Assembly: GCA_965657355.1 (NCBI GenBank)
Contig: CBFHOE010000009.1
Location: 164,076-228,075 of the forward strand
Reading direction: 5' to 3'
DNA: 64,000 bases
DNA from: Limisphaerales bacterium
GTDB taxonomy: Bacteria > Verrucomicrobiota > Verrucomicrobiia > Limisphaerales > JAJOIW01
The translations under genes were made by a program, and so were the position numbers. The notes beneath the pieces are model-generated. The model had not been told where the DNA came from and searched no databases. It was given only the letters and a program-made list of their open reading frames with translations. Positions 21,577-31,664 of the stretch are shown here, one piece after another (the first letter of the stretch is position 1; every line of letters begins with the position of its first letter).

Positions 21577-23664
21577 ATGCGAGTCCTAAAAAATATTTTA
21601 TTTCGATTTGCTCGATACGGAGTAATCAAAACCACTTTCATCGCCCTTTTATTCGCTTTTTTCTCAAAGGGTAATGTGAAGGCGGAGGTGGTCGCTGTGG
21701 AGGGCGTCCACATTGTTCCCCACACCCAATCTCATGAGATGCGATATCGAAAGCCCACTGATTTTAGCTTGGGCGCTCGCGTCGAAGTATTCCTCAGAAA
21801 CAAAAGCTCCAAGTCATTATTCATTAAACCTACATTGGATGTTAAACTCAGAGGCAAATCACCCCACCAACACATCAAATCAGACGAATGGGCATGGCAC
21901 AGCTTTCCCTCGGCCTGGGGTGATGATGGCATGGAGATCCAACCTAATGCCATCACCGTTTGGAGCTGGAATGGAAAACGTGCTGAATGGGGAGTCTCCA
22001 CCGAAACGGACCTCACTTTAAATTTCGCAGATGGTCAAGGCATTGAAAAACATGACATCAAAATCAAAAAGCCAAGTGCATGGCTATCAGCAGTCACTTT
22101 TTTAGGAGAGCCAGAAAACCCTCAACCAGACAGTTTCATTTTTCATATCGTTAATGAATCAACAAAACCGCTAAGAATTCTCGACTGTCGATTGTGGCTA
22201 CCACAATCCAATGCCAGTTGGAATTCTTTAATTGCTCAACCATGGAACAAGGATTCATTGGAGATATTTCCTAGTGACGGTTGGGTCATTCCAGGAGGTC
22301 GTGGAGGTGCCCGGGTATTCACTAGGCCACTGCCTCTCACCTATTGCGCGCTAGAAGTTAAACTTGCTAACGCATCCGGCAAAACAGTATCACTCTGGGC
22401 TCACCAAAGAATCAAGCGCGAGGTCTTCGACATAGGCGGTGGCTGGCTCGCTGAAAAACTCGGAAATAAAAATACTCTTCAAGCAGAAGATTACCTGCGC
22501 ACTTTAGCTCGCATGCACGTTAATGCCGGAATGCATCAGCAAATCGCTGGCTACTCAGGCACTGCGCTTTTTGATCAATACCCACTCAAATATACCAACA
22601 AACTTCAACCCATTGAACATTACGATACAGACGAATTACTACCCCATATTCATGCAGTCGAATTTCTGGGTGAGCCACAATATGGAGGCGGAACCCCAGT
22701 TCCTCCACAAGAGGTGTGGAAAGCCTTTACACCGTATGCCGAAACAAGACTTCCAACGTCAATAACACACAGTGAAGAACGTATTTGGCGCTTTTACGCC
22801 GGCATATCGGATTACCCGCATTACGATGCCTACCGCATCAATGCTCCAGCAGCCGATAGCTGGAAAAGTTATGACCGATGGGGTGGAAAAAGCATTCGTT
22901 GGGGAGCACCACTGGAAACAATCGGCACCATGACCCGCTCCCTTCGTGAATTAAATCGACCACGCCCTATCGCCTATTGGTCCCAAGGAGCCCATAGTTG
23001 GGGACGCTACTTTGGGCGAAAGCGCAATTCACCTTCTCCAGATGAACTCCGAGCGCAAGCCTATCATGGTTTAGCAGCCAGAATAACCTCACTTTACTGG
23101 TTTAATCTCAGTCTTAAATCACTCATCCAATTCAGAGACTTGATCGATCCAATCACTGAAATCAGCCGCCAATCATTAGTAATGGCAAGCTTACTTATCG
23201 AAGGCGATGCCTTTGAACACAAAAGAAAAGAGGTCGATGGAAAACCTGACTGGGATCTATCTTCGATTACAGGCCCTGAGGGGGGGGTTTTATTCGCAAT
23301 CGATCTTGATTACGAAATAAATGACAAAAAAGATCAGTTTGAGTTCAAATCTCGAAAAGGAAACTTTCAATTTAAGTTACCTACCTACCTATTGTCCCCC
23401 GTTGAAGTTTTCTCATTAAAAAAGGATCACTTGGCAGACGTAGAATACGAAGTGCGTTCTGACCAAATAATCATTAAGGATGAGGTACACATCGCAGGAA
23501 TATACCTCATAAGCCCAATCAAAGGTCTAAGGCAACGCATTAACCACCGGTTAATTAAGCTCTTGAATCGCGAACAAAAATTAGAATTCGACCCCGCAGT
23601 TAGTGACAAAGACTTTCAAAGCCTAAAAAGCCTACTTTTTGATGACTCCCGGGAAGCTCTGTGA
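21577..23664 (+). CDS. Hypothetical secreted protein
   Basis: 695-aa ORF with signal-peptide-like N-terminus, Trp-rich. No family recognised. Confidence 0.7.
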   Translation: MRVLKNILFRFARYGVIKTTFIALLFAFFSKGNVKAEVVAVEGVHIVPHTQSHEMRYRKPTDFSLGARVEVFLRNKSSKSLFIKPTLDVKLRGKSPHQHIKSDEWAWHSFPSAWGDDGMEIQPNAITVWSWNGKRAEWGVSTETDLTLNFADGQGIEKHDIKIKKPSAWLSAVTFLGEPENPQPDSFIFHIVNESTKPLRILDCRLWLPQSNASWNSLIAQPWNKDSLEIFPSDGWVIPGGRGGARVFTRPLPLTYCALEVKLANASGKTVSLWAHQRIKREVFDIGGGWLAEKLGNKNTLQAEDYLRTLARMHVNAGMHQQIAGYSGTALFDQYPLKYTNKLQPIEHYDTDELLPHIHAVEFLGEPQYGGGTPVPPQEVWKAFTPYAETRLPTSITHSEERIWRFYAGISDYPHYDAYRINAPAADSWKSYDRWGGKSIRWGAPLETIGTMTRSLRELNRPRPIAYWSQGAHSWGRYFGRKRNSPSPDELRAQAYHGLAARITSLYWFNLSLKSLIQFRDLIDPITEISRQSLVMASLLIEGDAFEHKRKEVDGKPDWDLSSITGPEGGVLFAIDLDYEINDKKDQFEFKSRKGNFQFKLPTYLLSPVEVFSLKKDHLADVEYEVRSDQIIIKDEVHIAGIYLISPIKGLRQRINHRLIKLLNREQKLEFDPAVSDKDFQSLKSLLFDDSREAL

Positions 23665-23834
23665 GCTGGTCTCAAAAGTGGTATGCATGATGAGAGTATT
23701 AATTGTTGGTGCTTAAGGTAAAAATGGCCACAACTCAACGGATCTACTTCAATAGGCCACAAATTTCAAAGCCATACTAGTAGTAAATAATACCTTAATG
23801 CCTAAAGATAAGGTAAAACAATGGCATTAATCAT

Positions 23835-25448
23835 TTAATAATCTTTGCCCTGAAGGCTTTGCAAGACAGATTCTTTCCATTTTCTCAGAGCCCCCCTCAT
23901 TTTGGAAACTATTTCAGTATTCTGTTGGGATATATTTATTTTCTCAGCTTGGTCATTTTGGATATCGAAGAGTTCAATTTGCCTGTTTGTTGACCCATCA
24001 ATGACAAGTTTATATTGATTCCCGATTACAGCACACGATCCCATATAGTCGGCTGCTGTGGGGACGTGAATATGAAAATTTTTAAAATCGCGGGTTAACT
24101 TTTGACCTGAGTATTTCACTAAAGGAGTGGTTCCTTGCTGTAAACTGGGATTTATCCAAGGTTTTGGTTTCGATGCTCCGGCACCAATGAGCTGAGTATT
24201 ATACTTCCAGAAAAATATAGGACTTGTACGCTCGGACATATCCCCGTCTATAAGGGAAAGCAAACTGATACCGTCAAGAGGTCGTTTTGGTAAATCAATT
24301 TCTGCAATATCACAAAGTGTAGGAAGAAGGTCGCTGGTTACGGCAGCTACATCAGTAGTTCTGGGGCGAGCTATCTTAGCGGGCCACTCCATTACACCAG
24401 GCACCCTAATACCTCCTTCATAAACAAACCCCTTTTCCGCTCGCAGAGGGGTTGCCGTACGCCCACTACTCCTCGGATTGCCATTATCACCACAATAAAA
24501 AAGGATAGTATTTTTTCTTAGTTCTTTCGATTCCAAATAATCTCTAAGCTTTCCGATTGATCGGTCCATTGCTGTTATCTCGGCGTAACGCTCTCGAAGC
24601 ACATCCCTCAAGGGACGCTCCGTTGGACGCCCCGTTTTCAATGAAGTAAGCCTAACCTTGCGCTGCGCGTATTCCTCCGGAAGGTCGTCATAAAGTTTTA
24701 AATCCTTTTGAAGACCACTATAGGGTTCATGAGGCGAACCATACCAAACTACAGCAAAAAAAGGTTGATCTGCTTCACGTGCTGTCTCAATGAATTTGAT
24801 AGTCTCATCAATGGTGACTTCTGATCCTTCACCTTTAATAATTTCGGGCGGACGACCGTCACGTGAAAAAGCTGGGTTCATTTCAAAAAAGTTGTCGTGC
24901 GAAACGTAATGATGAAACCCCATGGAAGCTGGATTGGTGGGTGACTCCAACTTAACCGGACCGATGTGCCATTTACCAAAGTGGCCACACCGATATCCAG
25001 CTTCAGATAAGAGGTGAGCTATGGTGATTTCCTCGGGGCGAATAGACCATCCTGGAGAAAAAGTTCCATAACGATTCGGGTGCCGACCGGTGAGGAAGCT
25101 ACCTCGGGTTGGCGAACAAGTCGGGTGAGCCGCATAGAAAGCATTGAAACGCAAACCTGTCCTGGCCATTTCGTCTAAAACTGGGGTTTGAACATGCGGA
25201 TGGCCATTGTAACCGGTCTCACTCCATCCATGGTCATCGCCCATAAGCAAAATAAAATTAGGCGATCTCAAATTCGATGACTTGTGGGATGCATATACAT
25301 CAATCGCACTTATAACTTGCAAAAAGATGCAGATCACAACCAGTTCCCCCCGTATTTTGAAGATCATGCTGGTGATTATCAACGGACGGCAAAAGACATT
25401 CAATCTGAATTTTTCTAATTCAAAATCCTCGGAAGAAGTATTTGTCAT
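23835..25448 (-). CDS. Formylglycine-dependent sulfatase
   Basis: SPNFILLMGDDHG, CSPTR, GKWHIG, GDNG, YEGGIRVP. True start probably downstream of 25448. Confidence 0.9.
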   Translation of the reverse strand: MTNTSSEDFELEKFRLNVFCRPLIITSMIFKIRGELVVICIFLQVISAIDVYASHKSSNLRSPNFILLMGDDHGWSETGYNGHPHVQTPVLDEMARTGLRFNAFYAAHPTCSPTRGSFLTGRHPNRYGTFSPGWSIRPEEITIAHLLSEAGYRCGHFGKWHIGPVKLESPTNPASMGFHHYVSHDNFFEMNPAFSRDGRPPEIIKGEGSEVTIDETIKFIETAREADQPFFAVVWYGSPHEPYSGLQKDLKLYDDLPEEYAQRKVRLTSLKTGRPTERPLRDVLRERYAEITAMDRSIGKLRDYLESKELRKNTILFYCGDNGNPRSSGRTATPLRAEKGFVYEGGIRVPGVMEWPAKIARPRTTDVAAVTSDLLPTLCDIAEIDLPKRPLDGISLLSLIDGDMSERTSPIFFWKYNTQLIGAGASKPKPWINPSLQQGTTPLVKYSGQKLTRDFKNFHIHVPTAADYMGSCAVIGNQYKLVIDGSTNRQIELFDIQNDQAEKINISQQNTEIVSKMRGALRKWKESVLQSLQGKDY

Positions 25449-25572
25449 TGAGAATATTTCTCAAAAAGCATGACTGTTATGACCAAACTTCTAATTTCTT
25501 TTGATTCGCTATGTGCGACCTGAAAAGAATGGCTCATGAAATCGGATTTTGGTATGATTATTTTATCCAAAA

Positions 25573-26892
25573 ATGAAAAAGATTAGTTTATCTCGTCGTT
25601 CTTTCATCAACCGCTCGGCACTGACTGCTGGCGCCATGTCATTCCCGTTCGTCTCTGTTCGTAATGTGCTTGGAGCGAACAATCGACTTAATATAGCTGG
25701 CATTGGCTGTGGCGGCAAAGGAGCTGTGGATGTTGATCATTGCGGGACGCAAAATATTGTGGCCCTTGTTGATGTTGACCATATTCATGGAGCCAAGTCA
25801 TTCAATAAATTTCCAAAAGCAAAGCGGTATAAGGACTATCGAGTAATGTTCGACGAAATGACGGATAAGATCGACGCCGTAACTATTTCAACACCTGATC
25901 ACATGCACTTTCACCCTGCCATGCGAGCAGTTGGCTCTAAAAAACATGTATTTTGCCAAAAACCACTAACTCACACAGTTTGGGAAGCGCGCACGCTCAC
26001 TCAGGCGGCAAAAGAAGCCGGAGTCTCAACACAAATGGGCAACCAGGGCATATCATCACCAAAAATGAGAAAGGACGCAGAAGTCGTCAAAGCAGGCGCT
26101 CTGGGAAAAATAACAGAGATGCATTGCTGGACAAATCGACCAGGTCGCTATTGGAAACAAGGCCTCGAGCGTCCAACTGGTAAACATAACGTTCCGGACC
26201 ATATCGATTGGGACCTATGGATTGGTTGTGCTCCTTGGCGTCCATACAATCCTGCCTACCATCCTTTTCACTGGAGAGGTTACTGGGATTTTGGAACGGG
26301 GGCGATAGGAGATATGGGGTGTCACCTCCTCAATCTGGCTACACTGGCAATGGACATACGTGATCCAGAAAAAATAATCGCTAATGGAATCGGCCAAACA
26401 AGTGAAACTGGCCCTACAGAATCCCATATCATTTGGGATTTTCCAAGTCGCCCAGGGCAGCCGGCTTTTAAGTTCCATTGGTACGACGGCGGGCGTAAAC
26501 CCTCTCAGGATTTATTTTCCGGCACAGAATTTGACGCGAACGGAATCCTCATGATTGGAACGGAAGATACAATGCTCACACATTATAGTGGAGGTGGAAA
26601 ATTGAGGAGCGGAAGAAATTATAAAGAAATAAATGCTCCTAGAATTTTCGGGGAATGCGAGAACTGGCACCAGTGCCATTACGATGATTGGCTTAACGCC
26701 TGCAGAGGTGGAGAGCAAGCTCTTTCAAACTTTGACAAAGCAGGCCCAGTTACCGAAGTGGTTCTCCTTGGCCAAGTCGCTATGCGCGCGGGAAACCCTA
26801 TTGAATGGGATGCCAAAAATTTAAAAGTCACAAACAATGAAAAGGCCAATCAATATATTTCAACTGAATATAGAAAGGGATGGGAAATCTAA
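25573..26892 (+). CDS. Gfo/Idh/MocA family oxidoreductase, Tat-exported
   Basis: LSRRSFI Tat motif, GCGGKG, STPDHMH, HVFCQKPL, QMGNQG, GDMGCH. Confidence 0.9.
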   Translation: MKKISLSRRSFINRSALTAGAMSFPFVSVRNVLGANNRLNIAGIGCGGKGAVDVDHCGTQNIVALVDVDHIHGAKSFNKFPKAKRYKDYRVMFDEMTDKIDAVTISTPDHMHFHPAMRAVGSKKHVFCQKPLTHTVWEARTLTQAAKEAGVSTQMGNQGISSPKMRKDAEVVKAGALGKITEMHCWTNRPGRYWKQGLERPTGKHNVPDHIDWDLWIGCAPWRPYNPAYHPFHWRGYWDFGTGAIGDMGCHLLNLATLAMDIRDPEKIIANGIGQTSETGPTESHIIWDFPSRPGQPAFKFHWYDGGRKPSQDLFSGTEFDANGILMIGTEDTMLTHYSGGGKLRSGRNYKEINAPRIFGECENWHQCHYDDWLNACRGGEQALSNFDKAGPVTEVVLLGQVAMRAGNPIEWDAKNLKVTNNEKANQYISTEYRKGWEI

Positions 26893-26949
26893 CCTCCTGA
26901 ATATCGCATTATTTCCAAGATGGGATGGATAAAAACTGAACTTTTTTTG

Positions 26950-26977
26950 AGGCGATGGGTTTTCACTCATCGCTTTT
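26950..26977 (+). terminator. Probable intrinsic terminator after the Gfo/Idh/MocA gene
   Basis: GGCGATGGGT-TTTC-ACTCATCGCT 10-bp stem (2 G-U pairs) followed by a short T run. Confidence 0.5.
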
Positions 26978-27732
26978 ACCTCATTGTCGGAATATTCCTT
27001 TAATAAAAATTCGAATTATAAAACTATAAAATACACCAGAGCTCAATTTTGTGGCGCAGACCATAAACAAAAATCCATTTGTGGGGGGATTCCAATTTGA
27101 GCCGTCCGTCAAATGCAAAGTGATTGATATATGTTTGGGTTCAGAAATCCCTTCAGGATACTTTGTGAGCGTGGAGGAAACTTTGATTTAATTACGATCC
27201 AAAATAACACTGACATAGATTAACGCCGCATAAAAAGACTGGAGCGAACTTATTGTATAAAATTTGAATGGGGTGTAAGCCACCAGAACATCCATCAAGC
27301 ACCGACTCAATTGGAGAAATTAATGAAAGCGCATAACGGCGCGCGGGTTATTGGTTGCGTAGTCCCAAAGGCCATACCATTGATTGTGGCTTAGCAACAG
27401 ACCAGTCCATGCCAGGACCAAATAATAATCAGTATCAAAATGTGATACTTTAAAGAATACTATTATGAATGGAGCAAGGTGGTGTATGGGAGTTAAGACC
27501 TACACATTCGATGATTAGAAACTTTAAACCAGACGAAGGTGAAGCATCAAAAAATATTGGATTTTGACAAAACATCTAACATCCAAGGACAAGAGGAAAA
27601 GGGCAATATCTGTCGACTACACCAAGCCGCACAATTGCCGAAAAAATTATAAATGCAGCATGTTAGTCATACGAATTAATTGGGCCAGACAGAATCAATA
27701 ACCAATGGTTTAATGCCAGAATAAATTCAACT

Positions 27733-29148
27733 ATGATAAAAAAAATACATTTTGGGCTTATATTGCTGGCTATGGCGAGTTGGATACTTCATGCCAGTGC
27801 CGATCAGAAGCAACCCATGGATCCTTTTGTTTTTGGTTATCCAAATCAATTGAGTTATATCCCCGGAGACGAAGTCGCACTTCACCTTTCTAGTAGTGAG
27901 CCAGCTGTTAATCTATCTATTGCAAGAGTTGCGGCAGATAAACACATTGTCTTCGAAAAAGAGAAGCTCCCTACTATTGCCCACCCCATACCTGATCGAG
28001 CCTCTTCCGATGGCTGTGCCTGGCCAGAGACATATCGCTTTGAAATTCCGGGCCATTGGAAAAGTGGCTACTATCAAGTCGTTTTGTCCACGGCAGGTGA
28101 AGTGCCAGCAACGTCGACATTGTTCTTTATTGTCAGGTCATCTAACCCGGGAAAAAATACCAAAATTCTTATCCAGCTCGCAACAAACACATACAATGCT
28201 TATACCAACTGGGGCGGACACAGCTTGTATTCGTATCACGATCGGGATGGACTTCAGGGCCACCGAGTTTCATTCGACAGACCCATTCGATCTCAGTTCA
28301 GCAATTGGGAACTACCTTTCGTTGCATGGGCAGAATCAAATGGATACGTTCTGGACTATGCAGTCAATAGCGACCTTGAATTCCACCCTGAAATTCTGGA
28401 TGAATACCAATTAGTAATCAGCGTCGGACATGACGAATACTGGTCTTCTCCAATGCGTGATCATCTCGAAAATTTTATTACTTCCGGAGGAAATGTAGCC
28501 TTCTTCAGTGGTAACACCTGTTGTTGGCAAGTGCGAAGCGAAAACAAAGGAAGAGCACTGACCTGCTGGAAGCAAACCTTTCAATTCGATCCTTACTTTC
28601 GCACAACAGATCACAAATTTCTCAGCACACTATGGAGCCATCACCTTGTCGATAGGCCAGAGAATACATTGACAGGAGTCGGTTTTCTTTGGGGGGGTTA
28701 TCACAAAAGCCATGATCAATTCATGGATGGTCTCGGGGCATTTAAAGTTCACCGCCCAGATCATTGGCTATTTAAAAATACAAACCTTGAAAGAGGTGAG
28801 TTTTTTGGCGGGGAGAACACAATTGTGGGATACGAATGTGATGGCTGTGAGATCGAATGGAAAGATGGACTCCCCTTTCCTACACATCGAGATGGAACTC
28901 CGGAGTCCTTCACCATTCTAGCGACATGCCCAGCAAAGTGGGCTCCGGGTGATAGCTATTGGTATGATCGCTTCCCCAAGGATCGCATCGGGTCTGCCGT
29001 TTTCGGCACTTACACTCGTGGTGGCACTGTCGTCACCACGGGAACAACAGATTGGGCACATGGCCTCATGGGTAATGATCCGAAAGTGATCCAAATCACT
29101 AAGAACGTATTGGATCAATTGTCTAAACCCGGCAGAAACAAAGAGTAA
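27733..29148 (+). CDS. N,N-dimethylformamidase beta-subunit-like (DUF6605) secreted protein
   Basis: WKSGYY, TYNAYTNWGGHSLY, VSFDRP, SVGHDEYWS..MRD, GGNVAFFSGNTCCWQVR, VGYECD. Signal peptide present. Confidence 0.8.
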   Translation: MIKKIHFGLILLAMASWILHASADQKQPMDPFVFGYPNQLSYIPGDEVALHLSSSEPAVNLSIARVAADKHIVFEKEKLPTIAHPIPDRASSDGCAWPETYRFEIPGHWKSGYYQVVLSTAGEVPATSTLFFIVRSSNPGKNTKILIQLATNTYNAYTNWGGHSLYSYHDRDGLQGHRVSFDRPIRSQFSNWELPFVAWAESNGYVLDYAVNSDLEFHPEILDEYQLVISVGHDEYWSSPMRDHLENFITSGGNVAFFSGNTCCWQVRSENKGRALTCWKQTFQFDPYFRTTDHKFLSTLWSHHLVDRPENTLTGVGFLWGGYHKSHDQFMDGLGAFKVHRPDHWLFKNTNLERGEFFGGENTIVGYECDGCEIEWKDGLPFPTHRDGTPESFTILATCPAKWAPGDSYWYDRFPKDRIGSAVFGTYTRGGTVVTTGTTDWAHGLMGNDPKVIQITKNVLDQLSKPGRNKE

Positions 29149-29204
29149 ATTGATGAACCTCGTAGCTTGGCCAAAGACTATCATTCGAAAATTTCAAGCT
29201 TGCC

Positions 29205-31454
29205 ATGAAACATTTACAATTAAGAATTGCACTCATGAAATTTGTTCAAATCAGATATAGCTTGTGCCTAATATTACTCGCTTTAGATTTGAACTTTGGA
29301 TCTCTTTGGGCAGAGCCCCAGTTACCATCGGCGCGTTATTCTATTGATGTTGAAAGGTATAGATTTGGAGACTCGCCAAACTTTTCGGCCCCCTCGTTTA
29401 ATCCTATTCCCCGGACTAAGGTTGATCGAAACTCATATCTAAAGCAGGTCGATAATTACGCACCAGAAGTTATTGCACAGAATCCCAATCGAGGCATGGC
29501 GGGACCACATATTTTTGCTCCGGTGTTGGCTAAATACGTCCAAACAGGAGATAAAAAATGGGGTAGTGCTTGTATTTCGATGTTGAAAGCCTTCCACAAA
29601 GAAATGCTGCAACAGGTTGAAAAAAAGAAATGGTTTTGGCAATTCGAACAACCAGCGGCTTTGATTCCAATTTACCGCAAATATCTCATCTCAGGTGGTG
29701 CCATGTCCGCGGATGCGAGATGGTTTAGGCGTATGTGGTTGACCTACTGCCGAAACCTGCATGTCTGGGACAGTGAACCCGTGGAGTGGAGAGGAGGATG
29801 CCACCGGTCCATGCCCGAAGGGTATGCAAAGGGTCGAGCAGCAACTTGGTATCCAGATATCCCGGAAGCAGAAGAATGGGAAAGATATTCCAAACTTGTT
29901 TTTAATGACTTCTGGACTGCGAAGGACGCCCCTCAAAACGATACGGGCTACATGATGGGCCCACTCATTATTCTTATCTGCGGTGGCGACCAATGGGCTG
30001 GCGATGATCGCGTTTTTAAGGACCCGGGAATGAAACGTTTGTGGGAACGCCTGCTCGTTGAAATCTCACCTGATGGTTTCATCAATCCATACGGACCCAA
30101 TGGTGGATGGAATAGCACCGCTGATTATCGAATCGCCATGCTTGAGCGATTAGCTGCAAAAACTGGTGATGGAAGATATCGCTTCGGAGCTCAAAAGCTT
30201 TTCAATTATATGTGTTATCAAAGTCGTGATACTCAAAAGCAAGGTCTCGGCGGAGCGTCCCCATGGCTAATCTCCTTAGCTTCTATTTGGACAGACGACA
30301 GCATTCAGCCGGTCGAACCGGCGAATGGCTCGCTATGGAATATGCGAGGTGAAGCCATAAGAATTCCGCATACAGACAAACAACTAACTGACAAGCTACT
30401 TGGGGGGGCTGACTTTAGAGACAACAGAGGTCATATTTGTTGTAGCTGGTATATGACGGGTAAACAATGGCCCGATAAAATGATCTTGAGAAGCGGTTGG
30501 AATCCCGGTGATTTCTTTGGACTTGTAGAACTTCACCCAACAAGCTTTCCTGCTAATCCTGGTGGCATTATGGGATTGAATCGCTGGGGTGCGCCTTTTA
30601 CTCAAATCGTAACCAGCAAAGGTGCTTCAGTTGAAAACCGGCTACTCATAGAAGACATGAGCGAGGCGGCGCCAAGACGTTACCATCCAGACAAACTTCG
30701 CATCGATGAGTTTTGGCGGAGTGGCACAATGCCTGACATTCAGTCCGAGGTGACTTATTTTGAGGATACCCCTCAAGCTACTTTCGCCAGGGTGCGAGTG
30801 AAAAATGCTGATGGCCTACCCGTTACCTACGAGAGAGAGTTTATCTTCGCAAAGAATCGTTTTCTTGCTACTCGGGAAATCATCACCTTCGAGGAAAGCT
30901 TTGAGGCTCGCTTGTCGCCAATATGGAACACGCATAATATAGGGCCTCAAATTGGAAGCCATTGGGCAAACACATTTATTCATCAGCCTATAGCGAACAA
31001 TGGAACGCGCAGTATGAAAAGCCCTCCAGTTGACCTTCTTGTCTGGTTTGCTCCTCAGGAAGATTGCGAACTGGAGGTAGTCGACCGCCTTATTGATGAC
31101 CCAAGAGCGGAAGCTTGTCCCAACCAAGTCCGCTACCAGTGGGAAGGAACACCAAAAAAAGGAGAAAAAAAGGTCTTCACGCAAATATATTACCCGCACC
31201 CACCCTACCGATCCCGCTCCAGTTCCAACAATCCAAATCCAAATGCCAAAGCCACTTATGCTAATGAATTGCAGGCTACCGCCCATGCCTCAGGCATCCA
31301 AAGCCTCACGGATACTCCCGAAGTTTCCGTGCTGCGCCTTGAACTCTCACCCGGGCAAGTGGAATGGTTACTTTTCAATCAGAAAAAGAAACTCACTCAA
31401 ATCGGAGGCGTGAGCTCAAATGCTCCATTTCTTTATCTGCCAAATAAAAAATAA
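29205..31454 (+). CDS. Hypothetical secreted protein (possible alpha/alpha-toroid plus beta-sandwich, lyase-like architecture)
   Basis: 749-aa ORF, signal-like N-terminus, helical Trp-rich N-half and KMILRSGW motif reminiscent of heparinase II/III-like proteins. The fold is an inference. Confidence 0.6.
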   Translation: MKHLQLRIALMKFVQIRYSLCLILLALDLNFGSLWAEPQLPSARYSIDVERYRFGDSPNFSAPSFNPIPRTKVDRNSYLKQVDNYAPEVIAQNPNRGMAGPHIFAPVLAKYVQTGDKKWGSACISMLKAFHKEMLQQVEKKKWFWQFEQPAALIPIYRKYLISGGAMSADARWFRRMWLTYCRNLHVWDSEPVEWRGGCHRSMPEGYAKGRAATWYPDIPEAEEWERYSKLVFNDFWTAKDAPQNDTGYMMGPLIILICGGDQWAGDDRVFKDPGMKRLWERLLVEISPDGFINPYGPNGGWNSTADYRIAMLERLAAKTGDGRYRFGAQKLFNYMCYQSRDTQKQGLGGASPWLISLASIWTDDSIQPVEPANGSLWNMRGEAIRIPHTDKQLTDKLLGGADFRDNRGHICCSWYMTGKQWPDKMILRSGWNPGDFFGLVELHPTSFPANPGGIMGLNRWGAPFTQIVTSKGASVENRLLIEDMSEAAPRRYHPDKLRIDEFWRSGTMPDIQSEVTYFEDTPQATFARVRVKNADGLPVTYEREFIFAKNRFLATREIITFEESFEARLSPIWNTHNIGPQIGSHWANTFIHQPIANNGTRSMKSPPVDLLVWFAPQEDCELEVVDRLIDDPRAEACPNQVRYQWEGTPKKGEKKVFTQIYYPHPPYRSRSSSNNPNPNAKATYANELQATAHASGIQSLTDTPEVSVLRLELSPGQVEWLLFNQKKKLTQIGGVSSNAPFLYLPNKK

Positions 31455-31664
31455 AAATAAGTCAGCTTATAATGCTTATTGGAGGGTGAAATTCAGCACC
31501 GATTCTAATTCCCAATCCTTGCAAAGGTAGAGACTGCGCTTTCGATTTACTTTTTAAAGATTCAACGCAAACGCCTGTGTCAGCCTGAGATGATGGGAAT
31601 TTCTGGTGGAATTTTGTGAATTTTGGTGACATAATAGAATTACAACGTTTGAAAAAGTGTTCTC

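Noticed and set aside
21363..21725. 120-aa minus-strand ORF
   Set aside because: Antisense to the 21577 gene and to the integrase-like relic; no motifs.
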